Origin: Octopus sinensis
Taxonomy: Eukaryota
Length of the DNA: 64,000 nucleotides
Direction of reading: 5' to 3'
Assembly (NCBI RefSeq): GCF_006345805.1
Contig: NC_042998.1
Location: 121,706,001-121,770,000, forward strand
Shown here: positions 13,911 to 25,430 of the stretch, in pieces
Layout: each line of letters starts with the position of its first letter
How positions within the stretch are numbered: position 1 is the first letter of the stretch
The notes under the pieces: model-generated
Seen by the model: only the letters and a program-made list of their open reading frames with translations
Told to the model about the DNA's origin: nothing
Databases searched by the model: none
Position numbers and translations under genes: made by a program

Positions 13911-13956
13911 TCTTACAGCTGTTTCTGGGATATTATGGATATCCCTTCATCAGAGA
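13911..13956 (-). ncRNA. Minimal type I hammerhead ribozyme (PLE pLTR), core intact
   Basis: TCT-CTGATGA-A-GGGATAT ccata ATATCCC-A-GAAA-CAGCTG-TA-AGA: stem I TCT/AGA, 7-bp stem II, palindromic stem III, GUA site. Confidence 0.72.
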
Positions 13957-13959
13957 TGG

Positions 13960-14620
13960 TGTGAGAAGGTTAAATAGAGGAAATATTTGAGTTCAAATTA
14001 TTATGGAAAAGGAGGAGATAGGAAATATAGAGGGCAATAAGAGAATGAAAGTAGAAATAAGATATATAAAGATATTGTAGTTGTAGTTCCATTATTCGAG
14101 GAAAATGGTGTATAGAATTGGTAAAAAAGTTTCCTGTACATGGCATGTAAGTTCCAATAGCAGTTCATGTTTAGTCATTTCAAAGTATGGAGCCATGGAA
14201 TCTGTGTTGCTCATTCAAAAGGGTTTTGTGGTGTGAATGAAAATGTATTGGTAGTATTTGTGGTTAGATGTGTGGAGAAGTGGTGTGTATGATTAGAAAG
14301 AGGATTTGGTGGGCTTCCCATGTTTACAGAATAAGAGTGAAAAGCCTAGTTTGGAAAAGCAGTCTCCATTGTTTCAATAATTCAAGAGGGATGTTTGCAT
14401 GTGGGGATATTCAGTTTCACACAATTCATGATGTTTTCAAAGTCTTGATGTGATGGTGGTACATTCATCTTTAGTTATTTGAAATGATGTGGGATATTTC
14501 TTCTGTTGTTGTTGAATTCTGATTCAGTGATGAGGGGAAAAAATGTAACTTCTATTAGTTGAGCATATCTTGTAGCTCCTTCTGGATGTTGGTGTTGTCA
14601 GATTCATGCAGGACTAAATA
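13960..14620 (-). mobile_element. Decayed Penelope-like element 3' part (RT thumb to GIY-YIG) leading into its pLTR
   Basis: Weak minus-strand similarity (GKPT motif; C-terminal residues) and direct adjacency to the HHR-bearing pLTR at 13845-13956. Confidence 0.55.
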
Positions 14621-15429
14621 TTTACTTTATGGTTAAAAGATAGATAGAAAATGTATATATATAGAAGATATAGAAAGTAAAAATAAATATATACTAAAAG
14701 GAACACATACAAAAGCAACGCACTTTAATTGTACGTGTATCAGTGACAGTGTTTGACCATAGCCAAGTGACTGGATCCAGTAACAGAGTAAAAGAGATTC
14801 TGCACACACATGTGGCACATACAATAAAAATAACTACACCATAACAAACCACAGCACATATCCAAGGCACATAGACCTGCTCTTGATAGTGCAGTGGAAG
14901 CACATAATTAATGGATCCTCTTCAGTAACTTAATCACTGGGAAAAGAGCACTTGGAAGTTTTTAAGCCATTACAGAAAGCAGCTAAAATCAATCCTCAAA
15001 ATGGCTTAAATAACTCCTCTAAATATGGGAAAGTGAAGCCCAGAAGTATTCCAATTAGTATCACTCTCCATTATTGTTATAATTAATATTTCAGAAACCC
15101 AAAGAAAAAGACATGTTGAAGAAAAATGTAAAGAATGCAAGACACAACAACAACCATACCCTCTGCTAACTCTTCTTTGTCATCTTTGCTCCCATCTGTT
15201 TTGTATGAAGTTTGGCTTTTCCATTCTTAAATGCCATTGATATTGAGAAACAATTTAGTCAGGCAGGAACTGCAGTTCTCAGAAGCATGAAACAGCTGCC
15301 GCTACCACTGATATATCGATCAATATGTATGTATGTATGTATGTTCTCTCATCGCTATCTTCACTGTTTGAGAAGAGTATTAAGAATAATCTCATTCGAG
15401 ATTACAAACATCTTCGGCTAGTTCAACAT

Positions 15430-16453
15430 TGTTGTAAACACTAATTCGATTGGCTGACACGTTGGTCTCTACTACGTTCGCATCGCTGGTTATCACGTGA
15501 CGCGATTTGCCTCCGCTTATTTTCGCGCCATAGTTCCAAGCAGCCAATCACAGCTTTCCATTTCTGAAGTTCATTTGGAGCCGTATAAGCCTTATATAAA
15601 GAAGGTTTTTCAGACAAATATTCGTCTTAGGCTTTTAGTTCTTTTCAGAGCTAAGTCTCTGACCACAGAGCTCGTCTTAGGTTTCAAGTCCTTCTCAGGG
15701 CGAGCCTCTGACCACACAGAGCATACTCGACCATGTTCCAGTTTCGAAAGGCAGGCGACCACCATTAATACAAGATGTTACAGATTCCTCTCATACTGTT
15801 AGTGTGATAATATCACCACGAAAGAACGGTTACAGGATATCTATAACTAGAGAAAAATAACCAAGCAGAATATATGATGAAGAAGCAGCGGAAACCAAAC
15901 GCCAAACATCGAAGATTTAATTTGTACACAAGACAACTACAGATTCAGCTATAGCGGTTAGGTGAAATTCTTACCACGGAAAAAACGGCTACAGTTAACA
16001 CATCTGGAAGTATATTCATATCAAGAGAAAGATAAACGCAACAAGCGATTCAACAGATGTCAGCTCCGAGACACAACATCTTGATATTGAACTCTTACAC
16101 CTCGTGTACCTCATAAACAGTAAATCAATTACCTGTCTTTAGTTCTTGTAAGAACTAGCTTCAGAGACAGAGCTAAACAACAAAATGATACAATGGTTCC
16201 TTAACCACTATGCCAATGTACGCTCAACCACCAAAGACTGCTATCTTCCACCATCAGGTACTTTTCTATGTCAACCACGTTCATTGTTCTGTCACACACT
16301 AACACACAGACACAAACACGTGTTGCATGCTCCCATACACTTCCAACCTTAACTTCATTGTAAATAAAATCTTATCTTGCCTCTCAAACAGTGACTTGTT
16401 GTCAATCCCTTATGTTCTATTGTGCTGCATGTATAAATGGTTTGTCTAACTCA
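15430..16453 (+). mobile_element. Solo-LTR-like unit of about 1.0 kb
   Basis: Starts TGTTGT and can end in CA (16453). Contains CACGTG, CCAAT (15544), TATATAAA (15593), two about 50-bp direct repeats (about 15621-15722) and AATAAA (16363); CpG-rich. No clean 4-6 bp TSD or PBS. Confidence 0.45.
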
Positions 16454-16599
16454 TTAAGAATGGGATCGCGTGCGATTGTATTTCCTATACGATACGACCG
16501 TACATGATCCTATTTTTATATATGTATGTATGTATGTATGTGTGTGTGTGTGTGTGTATGCATGCATGCATGTATGTTCACAAAGGTATGTAAAAAATT

Positions 16600-17730
16600 G
16601 TACACACACTTGTTTCTGTAATCTTTTAAAACAAAAGCAGGGGTGGAACAATTGCATCATTTTTTGACATAATCTTGCTTTTCGATGTACTTCTTCAATC
16701 AGTCCACATGTTTGCATATTCCATTAGAGAAGAAAGTTTTGGGGCCGGTTATGCAGCCATTTATGCATTGTTTTCTATGCTTCATTGTCCACAGTAAATT
16801 CTTGACCATGTTAAGGATGTTTGAATGGTCCAAAGATAGTTGAAAGGGGTGAGATTGGAATGTATGCAAGGTGTTTCAGCAACTTGAAATACAATTTTTT
16901 TCAAGGTTTTAACTGTTTGGGTAGCTGTCGGTGGGCCTGCATTGTCATGCACTTTCTTTGACAATAGACCTCAGCATGTGGTGCGAATTGTTGGTTTCAG
17001 TTTGTGGGTCAGCATTTCACTGTAGTCTACACTAGTGACTATAGACTCCTTTCCCAGGTGATGTTCCAGTAAAAATAGCTTTTGTGTCCCCAAAAATGGT
17101 TAGCATCACTTTTTCAGCAGAAAGTTGAGTCTTGAGTTTTTTTTACACAGGTATTTCTGAATGTTTCCACTCCATTCTCCTGTGACTATTCTCTTTAAAA
17201 AAAACAAAAAAACCTTTGCCTTCATAAGTTGTAGCAGTCAAGTATGCATTGATAGATCTCCACATGATTGTGCTTATGTGCTTCAGTAAGCTCTCTTGGC
17301 ATCCATCTCACACATACTTTACAAAAGCGAAGCTTGTTGTGGATGATTTTGTACACAAAACCAAGACTAATTTGCACAAAACATCTCATCTCATCGATGG
17401 TCACTTGTCAGTTCACTACAACCATCTCTCAAGCTTGTCAAGTCTTCATGTTAGTGGTGAAAGTTGACATGCATCCTGCTCCCTCTTTGTGCTTCACACT
17501 TGTTCAACCAATTTTAAACTTCTTGATCTACTCATACACACTTCTACATGGTTGTACTGAAAACCTGTGACAAATATCAGCACCTAACACACCTTCAGAC
17601 CAGAAAAATTGAATCACTGATTTCTATTCTTCTTTGGTGTACACAAAGATTACTTTGTAACACAAGAAAGAAAACTGGGGTGATCATCATCAAACTTCAG
17701 TTATATAACCACAAGAGTACCACTTTTTAA
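16600..17730 (-). mobile_element. mariner (Tc1/mariner) transposon remnant
   Basis: ORF 17222-17404 has KVCVRWMPRELT (WVPHEL motif); ORF 16782-16964 has HDNAGP and a decayed YSPDL region. Confidence 0.85.
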
Positions 17731-17831
17731 CATGCAAACATGAAAGACAGTGAGGCCAACCTAAACAACTTTTGGTGAAAGTGCAGATAATTTTTGACTT
17801 TCCTTATATATATATATATATATATATATAT

Positions 17832-18251
17832 GAGCAAAATGCCCCTCGTCCAATGGATGGTGCTGAATTGTCAAACATTTAAACCAAATTTTCTCAAAAC
17901 AACTTGTCCGACCATTCCATAGGCCTCCCCTTTGAGAAACACTGATTTAACCTAAATTTGAGACACCAAACAGGCCGTTTTTTATTTTGCACAAACTGCA
18001 TGTGCATCTTTCTCGTGTACGCGTAGTATCGATTGCAACACCTGATGTACTTGCACATACAAATGCACATTCCCATGGCTTTATCGATCGCATTCTCACC
18101 TGGAATCGATTTTTGTAATTTTTTCAAGACTTATACACGCCCTGATACCATCGGTATCTACATATCAAATTTGAGTGCAATCAGATGGAGGATGCCCGAG
18201 ATCCTAGAAGACACACACACAGACAGACAGAACAGATTTTATATAATAGAT
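17832..18251 (-). mobile_element. Helentron/DINE-1-like non-autonomous element
   Basis: Minus strand starts ATCTATTATATATAAAATCTGTTCTGTCTGTCTGTGTGT, like the starts at 61705 and 62005; sits beside (TA)n. Confidence 0.45.
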
Positions 18252-18820
18252 ATATACATATGTATAATAGAAATGTCAATTAAACTGTTGTTGTTATTAT
18301 GTTAACCATGGCCATCTCCAAAGAAAATCTGTATTCAGTAATTTGCTTAAGCAAAAATGGATCAAACATGTTGAAAATAAAGAGGATTATGTTATAAAGT
18401 AATCTATTTGTTTTAAATTCATATTTTGTGCACTTTTAATTTTCTCAGTTGTTGATGTAAAAGGTTTGAAGAGAAATTAATGGAAAAAAAATGGTACCCT
18501 TCTTTGGAGCTATCAGAAGGTAGAACAATTATGGTTAGCATGAAAATACTATCATCATCATCTCTATTGTTTTAACATCCATTTTTCTATTCTTGTATAG
18601 ATCAAATGAAATTCATTGAAGTAGATTTTCTGTGACCAGATGTCCTTCTCACCACCAACCTTCACAAGCAGAGTAATATTTTCCAATGGCTGGACATGTT
18701 TTCATGGAAGACTGGAAATGAAGAATGCCACTTCTATGAAGATACTTGTTTACGACTATCACATGATGTCAAGACAAAGAGATACAAACACGCAGACACA
18801 CAAACACATACACAAATATA

Positions 18821-19029
18821 CAGGAAGGTGCTGAACAATTTCTGGCTTTGGATAAAAGAAAATACAGGAGGATCAGTTGATTATGATTTTATTCAACATA
18901 TTCCCCTCACACACTTATTGCAGCAGTCCTCCAGTTTTTGTAAGCCCTGTAAAAGAATTCGGAAGGTTGGGCCTCCAGCTAGGCTTTTCATGATAAATTT
19001 AAAGCTAGGACCTTTTCAGTAGCCCCTTG
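18821..19029. mobile_element. mariner-type MITE of about 210 bp
   Basis: Left end TA|CAGGAAGGTGCTGAACAATTTCTGGCTTT and right end AAAGCTAGGACCTTTTCAGTAGCCCCTTG are degenerate inverted repeats. Confidence 0.55.
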
Positions 19030-19329
19030 AATATGACAAGCTTCTTTCAATTTCTATTTTTCACAAGGCTTTGGTTAGCTGAGAGCTATAGCAGATGATA
19101 CTTGCTCAAAGTGCCATGGAATTAAACTCACGGTGCCATGGAATTGAACTCAAGGTGTCATGGAATTAAATTGAGCCATGTATCTCCTTTACTGCAGCTC
19201 ACCTGTTTTCTGTCCTCCTTCTTTATCTCTCTCCCTCTCTCTCTCTGGCCAGGTAGCCATGTATCTCTACAGTAAGACACCTGTTTCTGCCTCTCTGTTA
19301 CACTTGAACCTTTTATCATCTGACACAAG

Positions 19330-19700
19330 ATCACCTCCTACAGTGCCCTCAAGGATTTTTGTCTTGCAAGTTACTTGGTGACCCTGCTAGTGGTGGTGCC
19401 ATGCAAAATGCATCTAGTACAACTGTAAAGTGGTTGGCATTTGGAAGGGCATCCGGCTGTAAAACCATGCCAAAACTGATCTCACTTGTGCTTGTGCCAC
19501 ATAAAAAGCACTCTGGCCACTCTGCTGGGTGGTTGGTGTTAGGAAGGGCAACAAACTGTAAAAACCATACCAAAACAGACTCAAGGTCTGGAGCAGGCTC
19601 CTGCCTGGCCAGCTTCTGTCAGACTGTTCAACCCATGCCCACATGGAAGGTGGACATAAAACGATGATGATGTGGATGATGATGATGATGATAGTGATGA
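19330..19700 (+). mobile_element. RTE-tail repeat with internal duplication
   Basis: Two copies of TGGTTGG...GGAAGGGCA...CTGTAAAA and a (GAT)n tail. Confidence 0.7.
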
Positions 19701-20422
19701 TGATGATACACATGTACACATAAAATCATAGATAGAGAGGTGAATACAGTCATAGTTTCAATGTACATGTAAATACACACACACACAAACACACATATAT
19801 ACATGTGCATGCATATTTACTCTCAACCCAGGCTTCCATTGGTATTTATTCTTTGACTCCAGTAATTATATTTTTTTAAAATTATTTTTTTCATAGTATT
19901 AAGGTGAATTAATTTTCCTTTGCTATCTAGGAAAAAAAAAAAAGCAACAAAAACTGAACTATTTTTCTTTCCCTCCAGTCGCAACACTGCAAGAGTTATG
20001 GAATTATCTTGTGTTGCCAAGCACATACTCAACATAGTTATAGAGTCTAGATTTAAAAAATGGTGGATGAAATATAAAATATAAAAAGCCACCAGCTTAG
20101 AGAAGCGTAGTAATAACAATAAAAACATTGACAAATATTCATGATTTAAATTTATTATTAAAATTTCAGAGATGGTTGTCATGTTTGTTTGACAACATTT
20201 CTGATTATGTAAGGTCATTCATAAGGTACAGGCAACTTTTCTTTTGTAAAATTAATAACATTTTTTCTTTACTTTTGGTTTTGTAAAGAATTAAAAAGAA
20301 ATATTTCGTCGAAATAATATCTGAAGGTTTATTGCATACACACACACAGACACACAATATACATACATATATATATTGGATGTTAAATGATGATGATGAT
20401 GATATATATGTGTATGTATGTT

Positions 20423-20453
<31 letters not shown>

Positions 20454-20773
20454 TTATATACACACATATATAATACACATACACACATTAGTATGTATGA
20501 ATGCATGCATGTATATATGCATGTATGCGTATGGAAGTAAGACAGCATTATTAGTGGTATTGTCATGGATATAAATATTTTGATATGGAGATGGTAGGTA
20601 TGAACTTTGAAATTACTATTATATTTCTATCATATATATTTCTTTATGTATGCATGTACATGTATGTGTGCGTTTGTGTATGTAAATGGAAAAAATCAAA
20701 TTTTAACTGATATTGTCATAGATGTAAACATTTCATTACAGAAGTGATGGATATGAAGACTGAAATTACTATT

Positions 20774-20816
<43 letters not shown>

Positions 20817-21580
20817 TAGATAGATATGTATGCATGTATGTATGAATATATGTAAATATTTATGTATTTATTTATTGGTGTAGCATTCCTTTTTTTTACA
20901 CTCTTTTTTACACCCAACTGTGTAAAACTCAATAAAAAGTATATGGCACTATTTCCTGAAGTACTGTGTACTTTAACTTTGACTGTTCATATGCACACTG
21001 ACATTTACATGCACTAGCATGCAAGCACATGCACACACTATTATCACCCCCATCTATTATCACCTCTCCTACTCTGTCACAATCTCCTTTTGCCATCATT
21101 TTCCTTTCTTCACAGACCGAATGTCCATCATGTAACATCTGCTCTCAAACCAATTTTTAAACCATTCTCGAATTCTTTGCAACATTGGATTACGTTGACT
21201 TTCTGGAAACTTTGCTGTCTACTAGATTTCATTAAAACTTTCTTTTAACCTGTGTAAATTAACTTATATAGCATTCCTTTTTCATGCCCTTTTTACAATC
21301 AATTCTCTTTTTTTCCATGTACTGTATATATAAATATTTCTTAAGCCTTCTCTTCCAAACCTCTCTATTTTCAATGCAATCTTATTACATTTCCTTGCCT
21401 TTATAGTCTCTTGACTGGACTTGTACCTGTTTTGTGGTTATAAATTTTTTTGCTTTATAGCATTCTTTACATTCCGTTTTTTATATCCTTTTTATAATCC
21501 CCTCTCCCTTCTTCCATTCTGTCATTTTTCAATGTTCACATACCTTTTGACTAGATTGACTAGGTTGACCAGATACTTAC

Positions 21581-21632
21581 CGGATACTTACTTGAGCTGT
21601 ATTTTAGGTCTTGATGCTCTTCTTGACAATAA
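21581..21632 (-). CDS. Candidate 52-nt internal exon of an unidentified gene
   Basis: Acceptor TTTTAAATGCATAG, open frame YCQEEHQDLKYSSSKYP, donor CCG|GTAAGT; a second donor CAA|GTAAGT lies 11 nt upstream. No homology recognised. Confidence 0.25.
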
Positions 21633-21917
21633 CTATGCATTTAAAACACACAGGTCTAAAACACACATGCACACGCACACACACACATGCATGTATATAA
21701 GTATAAAGTAAACTTGTGTTTATTTACATTTTTTAGCTGTAAATACTTTTGCCCCTTGCTACATGTATTTTTATTTCTGTTCTATGACCGCTGGTAGCAT
21801 TACAACTACCCAGCTGCAAAACATTAATAATACCAGATTACCATAGTCTGGCACATACATATACACTCACTAACAGTTCTTTGGACAGGCATGGCTGTGT
21901 GTTAAGAAGCTTGCTTC

Positions 21918-23939
21918 TGGTTGAACAGAGAGGACATTGTAGCTTGAGCTCCGTCCTAAAAAGAAAAAAGAACAAAAACAGTGTTCTTCACGCACCTGTT
22001 GAAGTCGTCACGCTGGTATGCAGCTGGCGAAAGTTGAACTGAAAGACGCTCTACTGTAAGGTAAGACTTTTTGCTTTTTGAGTCAAGTTGGATTTGTTGC
22101 CTGTTGGTTTTATTTTTTGAACAGACAAGGAGTCCTTACTGGATTCAGGGCTTTTTGTCTGCCTTGCTGTGGAGACGTGTGTGTTGTCTCACATAATTGT
22201 GAGAAGTTGTATTTGAAAATTTTTGTGCCCATGTGGATTAAAAGGATTGGCCAGGCGTACCTTTTGGCCGAAAATTTATTTCTTTGCCTGGATTTGAACT
22301 CTCTTTTCACAGCTATCATTTATTTAAAAAAAAAAGAACTTTATTTGAACTGTTATTTTTATTTTTTCTTCCCTTCTGTTGTGTCTTCTTTCTTTTTTTG
22401 TGTATCTTTCTTTATTTGAAAACGTATTGACGAACTGTATTTGAACTTTTTATTAAAAAAAAAAAATGACAAAGAAATATTAGTATGGGAATTAACACCT
22501 CCCAAATCATGGCTAAAAGAGCTCGAAAGGAAGACGGTGGTGTTGAGGACTTATTTAAAGTCGCTTGATACCATAACCGTCTTCCCGAAAGCCACAATTT
22601 TGAAAGAGCTGGTAGAATACATGCCAGCTATTAAATTTATTTCACTGGGAGTCAAATTTGCAATGGTCTGGTTGCTATTTGACTCCCCCAAAGAAGCTTG
22701 CAATTTTGCAAGCCAGCCCCTCGAAGGGGAGGAAATAATGTTTCTTCCCAGTTATTGTGGAAAGAAGTTAACGAGGGCTTGGGTTTGCGGCTTGCCACAC
22801 GGAATTGAGCCCGAGTGGATAGAGGACTCTATCCGCTGGGGTCTGGGTGGTAGCAGTACCAAGCTGCTCAAAGTAAAAATTTTGGGAGGGGTCAAAAGCT
22901 GTGTTGACCCTATGGAAACAATCAGCCGAAAGTCTGGTTTTCCCAGATTTTTTGAGGATGGCTGGGTCTAGGTATCCGGTGATGCTCGAGGGACGCCCCC
23001 CCCCAAGTGTCACCTGTGCCTGGAGACCGGCCACATCAAGAAAAACTGCCCCAAGGACCAAAATAGGATCCTGGAGCAGTTAACAGAGGAACCACTCCCT
23101 GCTCCCTCAATGGAGGGAGAGAAGGAGGAGGATGTCAAGGAGGTTTCCACCTCCTCGAAAAAATGAAAGCGAAAGGTGGGCAACAATGGTTGCCCACTGA
23201 AGAACCCGAGAGCTGCAGGAGAAAAGGAGGACCTGCTGGACACAACAAGGGAACACCACCCTCCCGCAGCCCAAGGGAAAAAGAAAAGAAAAAAGAAAAA
23301 CGGGACATTGCCGGTGGGTTGTGACACGCTGCCGGCGTGTCCCGATTCTCCTTTGGCGGGTGTGCTGCTGGAGGAGGAATTTTTGGTTCTCTTCCACAAG
23401 GGAGGAACCTTGCAAAATGAAATAAAAAAAATTGAAAGGAAGTGCCGGTGGGAGGGGCTTCTGTCCTACACGAGGACCCTGAGTGGCCTTCGCAGGTGGC
23501 TGTGGAGATCATATGGGAGAACGATCTACGGAAGATAATGAACTCCTTCCCGAAGGATTCCTTCAGATTTATGTTGAAACCTTTAAGTTCGGAACGGACC
23601 AGGTGCTTCGATGTAGCGAGGAGCCTGGCCGGGTGGAAACATTGAAGAGGTGTATTACCTCAAAAGAGACTAAAAATGTAAAAAGTGAGAGGATTATTGC
23701 CTCGTGTTTGTGTTTTATTTTTAATTTTGAACTGTGTAAGAGGTTTATTGCCTCATTGTTTTAAAAAAAAAAAAAGAAAAAAAAAGAACAATGTTTTAGA
23801 GAAGCGAAAGTCGGCGGGCGCTTTTCGTGTTCTTCCATTCTTATCATCCATATATCATCATCATTCATCCCATTAATATCTCTGTCTAGCCCCCAAGCTT
23901 CTCTCTGTGTGCTGCCCTTGTGGCAAATTTAATGAAATA
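21918..23939 (+). mobile_element. ORF1-only non-autonomous Tx1/L1-derived retroelement (HAL1-like)
   Basis: Exact 14-bp TSD AAGAAGCTTGCTTC at 21904-21917 and 23940-23953; 5' UTR, broken ORF1, 3' UTR ending at AATAAA (23936-23941); no endonuclease or RT sequence seen. Confidence 0.8.
22441..23645 (+). pseudogene. Gag-like ORF1 with CCHC zinc knuckle, disrupted by frameshifts and one stop
   Basis: LPSYCGKKLTRAWVCGLPHGIEPEWI aligns with LPTYLGRRTAKLKIEEIPPEIEVAWL of the ORF1 at 62715; knuckle CHLCLETGHIKKNC at about 23007-23048. Confidence 0.8.
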
Positions 23940-24075
23940 AAGAAGCTTGCTTCCCAACCACATGGTTCTGGGTTCAGTCCCACTGTGTGGAACTTTGGCC
24001 AAGTGTCTCCTACTATAGCCTCGGGGCGACCAAAGCCTTGTGAGTGGATTTGATAGATGGAAACTGAAATAAGGT

Positions 24076-24117
<42 letters not shown>

Positions 24118-24829
24118 TTATGCGTGCATTTTTGTGTCTGTTTGTCCCCCTACCATCACTTGACAACCAATGTTGTGTTTACATCCATGAAATTTAGTGG
24201 TTCAGTAAAAGAGGCCAATACAGTAAGTACTAGGCTTACAAAGAATAAGTCCTGGGGTTGATTTCTTTGACTAAGAAACCCTTTAAGGTGGTGCTCCAGC
24301 ATGGCCACAGTCAAACGACTGAAATAATTAAAAGAATAAAAGAATATGCCAAAAAACAAACCTCTAAAGAAATACAAACTGTCACGTGTAAATTTACACA
24401 CATAGATACATACACCAAGATATTTTTCTCAAAACCATAGAAATCAAAGTCCACAAAAGAACATATATCATTTATTCACAAAATCCTTAAAATCACTCAG
24501 CAGTGAAAGATACCATTAATTAGGGATATAGCTAATAGAGATGTCCTTAATTACCTTTTTTAAATAACCCCTTCAATAACAACTTTTCTAATGAACATTT
24601 ATTTAAAACCTTACACCTATGCATGCATAGACACACACACACACACACACACACACTCAAAAGGTTGTAAATACACCTCCAATATTCAGCTGTAACAGTT
24701 CTTGCCTAAAGATCACCGTGGTGTGAAACTCAATGACAAAAACTCTCAGTTTCAGTTTTAATAAAAAATTATCATATCCCTTACAACATGTATTAAGCAT
24801 TCCTCCCTCATTTGCTCAGGATAAACAAA

Positions 24830-24905
24830 TGTGCACTCACACACACGTATGTATGTATGTCTACACACACACACATGCATATATATGTATATGTGTGTGT
24901 GAGTG

Positions 24906-24943
<38 letters not shown>

Positions 24944-25430
24944 CTATGTGTGTATATATATTATATATATATACATACATTCATACATATACATACATAT
25001 ACATACGTACACACACACACACATATATATATATATGCATACATACATATACATACATATATATACATACATACATATATATACATACATACATATACAT
25101 ACATATATATACATACATACATACATATACATACATATATATATATAGATATATATACATATATATATATACATACATATATTTACATACATATATATAC
25201 ACACACACACATATATATACACACATGCACATATATATATATATATATATCTCAGTGTATCGACTAGACTAATGGATGTTGTTATGCACTGCTGGTTATC
25301 ATGTATAGATGAATGTGCATATATATGTGTGTGTGTGTGTACACACACACATATATATATGCATATGTAAACACGCATGCACACACATATATATATATAT
25401 GTGTGTGTGTGTACATATATATAATGTATA
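24830..25430. repeat. Compound TA/TACA/TG microsatellite
   Basis: Directly visible. Confidence 0.95.

Larger units (their letters stand above)
13169..13956. repeat. Compound inverted repeat of a Penelope pLTR plus adjacent sequence, centred on (TA)n
   Basis: 13234-13637 is a near-perfect palindrome centred at about 13431; 13700-13953 is a second full reverse complement of 13169-13430. Confidence 0.92.
21883..24345 (+). mobile_element. tRNA-derived SINE (CORE-like ACTTTGGCCAAGTG body) split by a 2 kb insertion
   Basis: 21883-21917 joined to 23954-24345 reconstitutes the same SINE as 43787-44175 (A box, GGTTCAGTCC B box, body, microsatellite, tail). Confidence 0.85.

Noticed and set aside
15094-15240. 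Cys-rich frame KCKEC...LCHLCSHLFC as an AN1 finger or piggyBac cysteine-rich domain
   Set aside because: Spacing and His ligands fit neither pattern well, and no supporting upstream domain is visible.
16461-16475. TGGGATCGCG after the LTR-like unit as a primer-binding site
   Set aside because: It is not complementary to any tRNA 3' end I know, and no internal retroelement sequence follows.
20170-20225. Short plus-strand exon candidate (RWLSCLFDNISDY or DGCHVCLTTFL)
   Set aside because: Two frames and two donors are equally possible and no homology is recognised; such short signals arise often by chance.
22061-22124. 64-nt GT-AG intron in the 5' UTR of the ORF1-only element
   Set aside because: The splice signals look good, but the segment is retained in a copy that passed through RNA, which argues against routine splicing.
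24706-24740. CTAAAGA-TCACCGTGGTGT-GAAA-CTC as another hammerhead
   Set aside because: G5 is mutated and stems I and III do not form; too degenerate to support.
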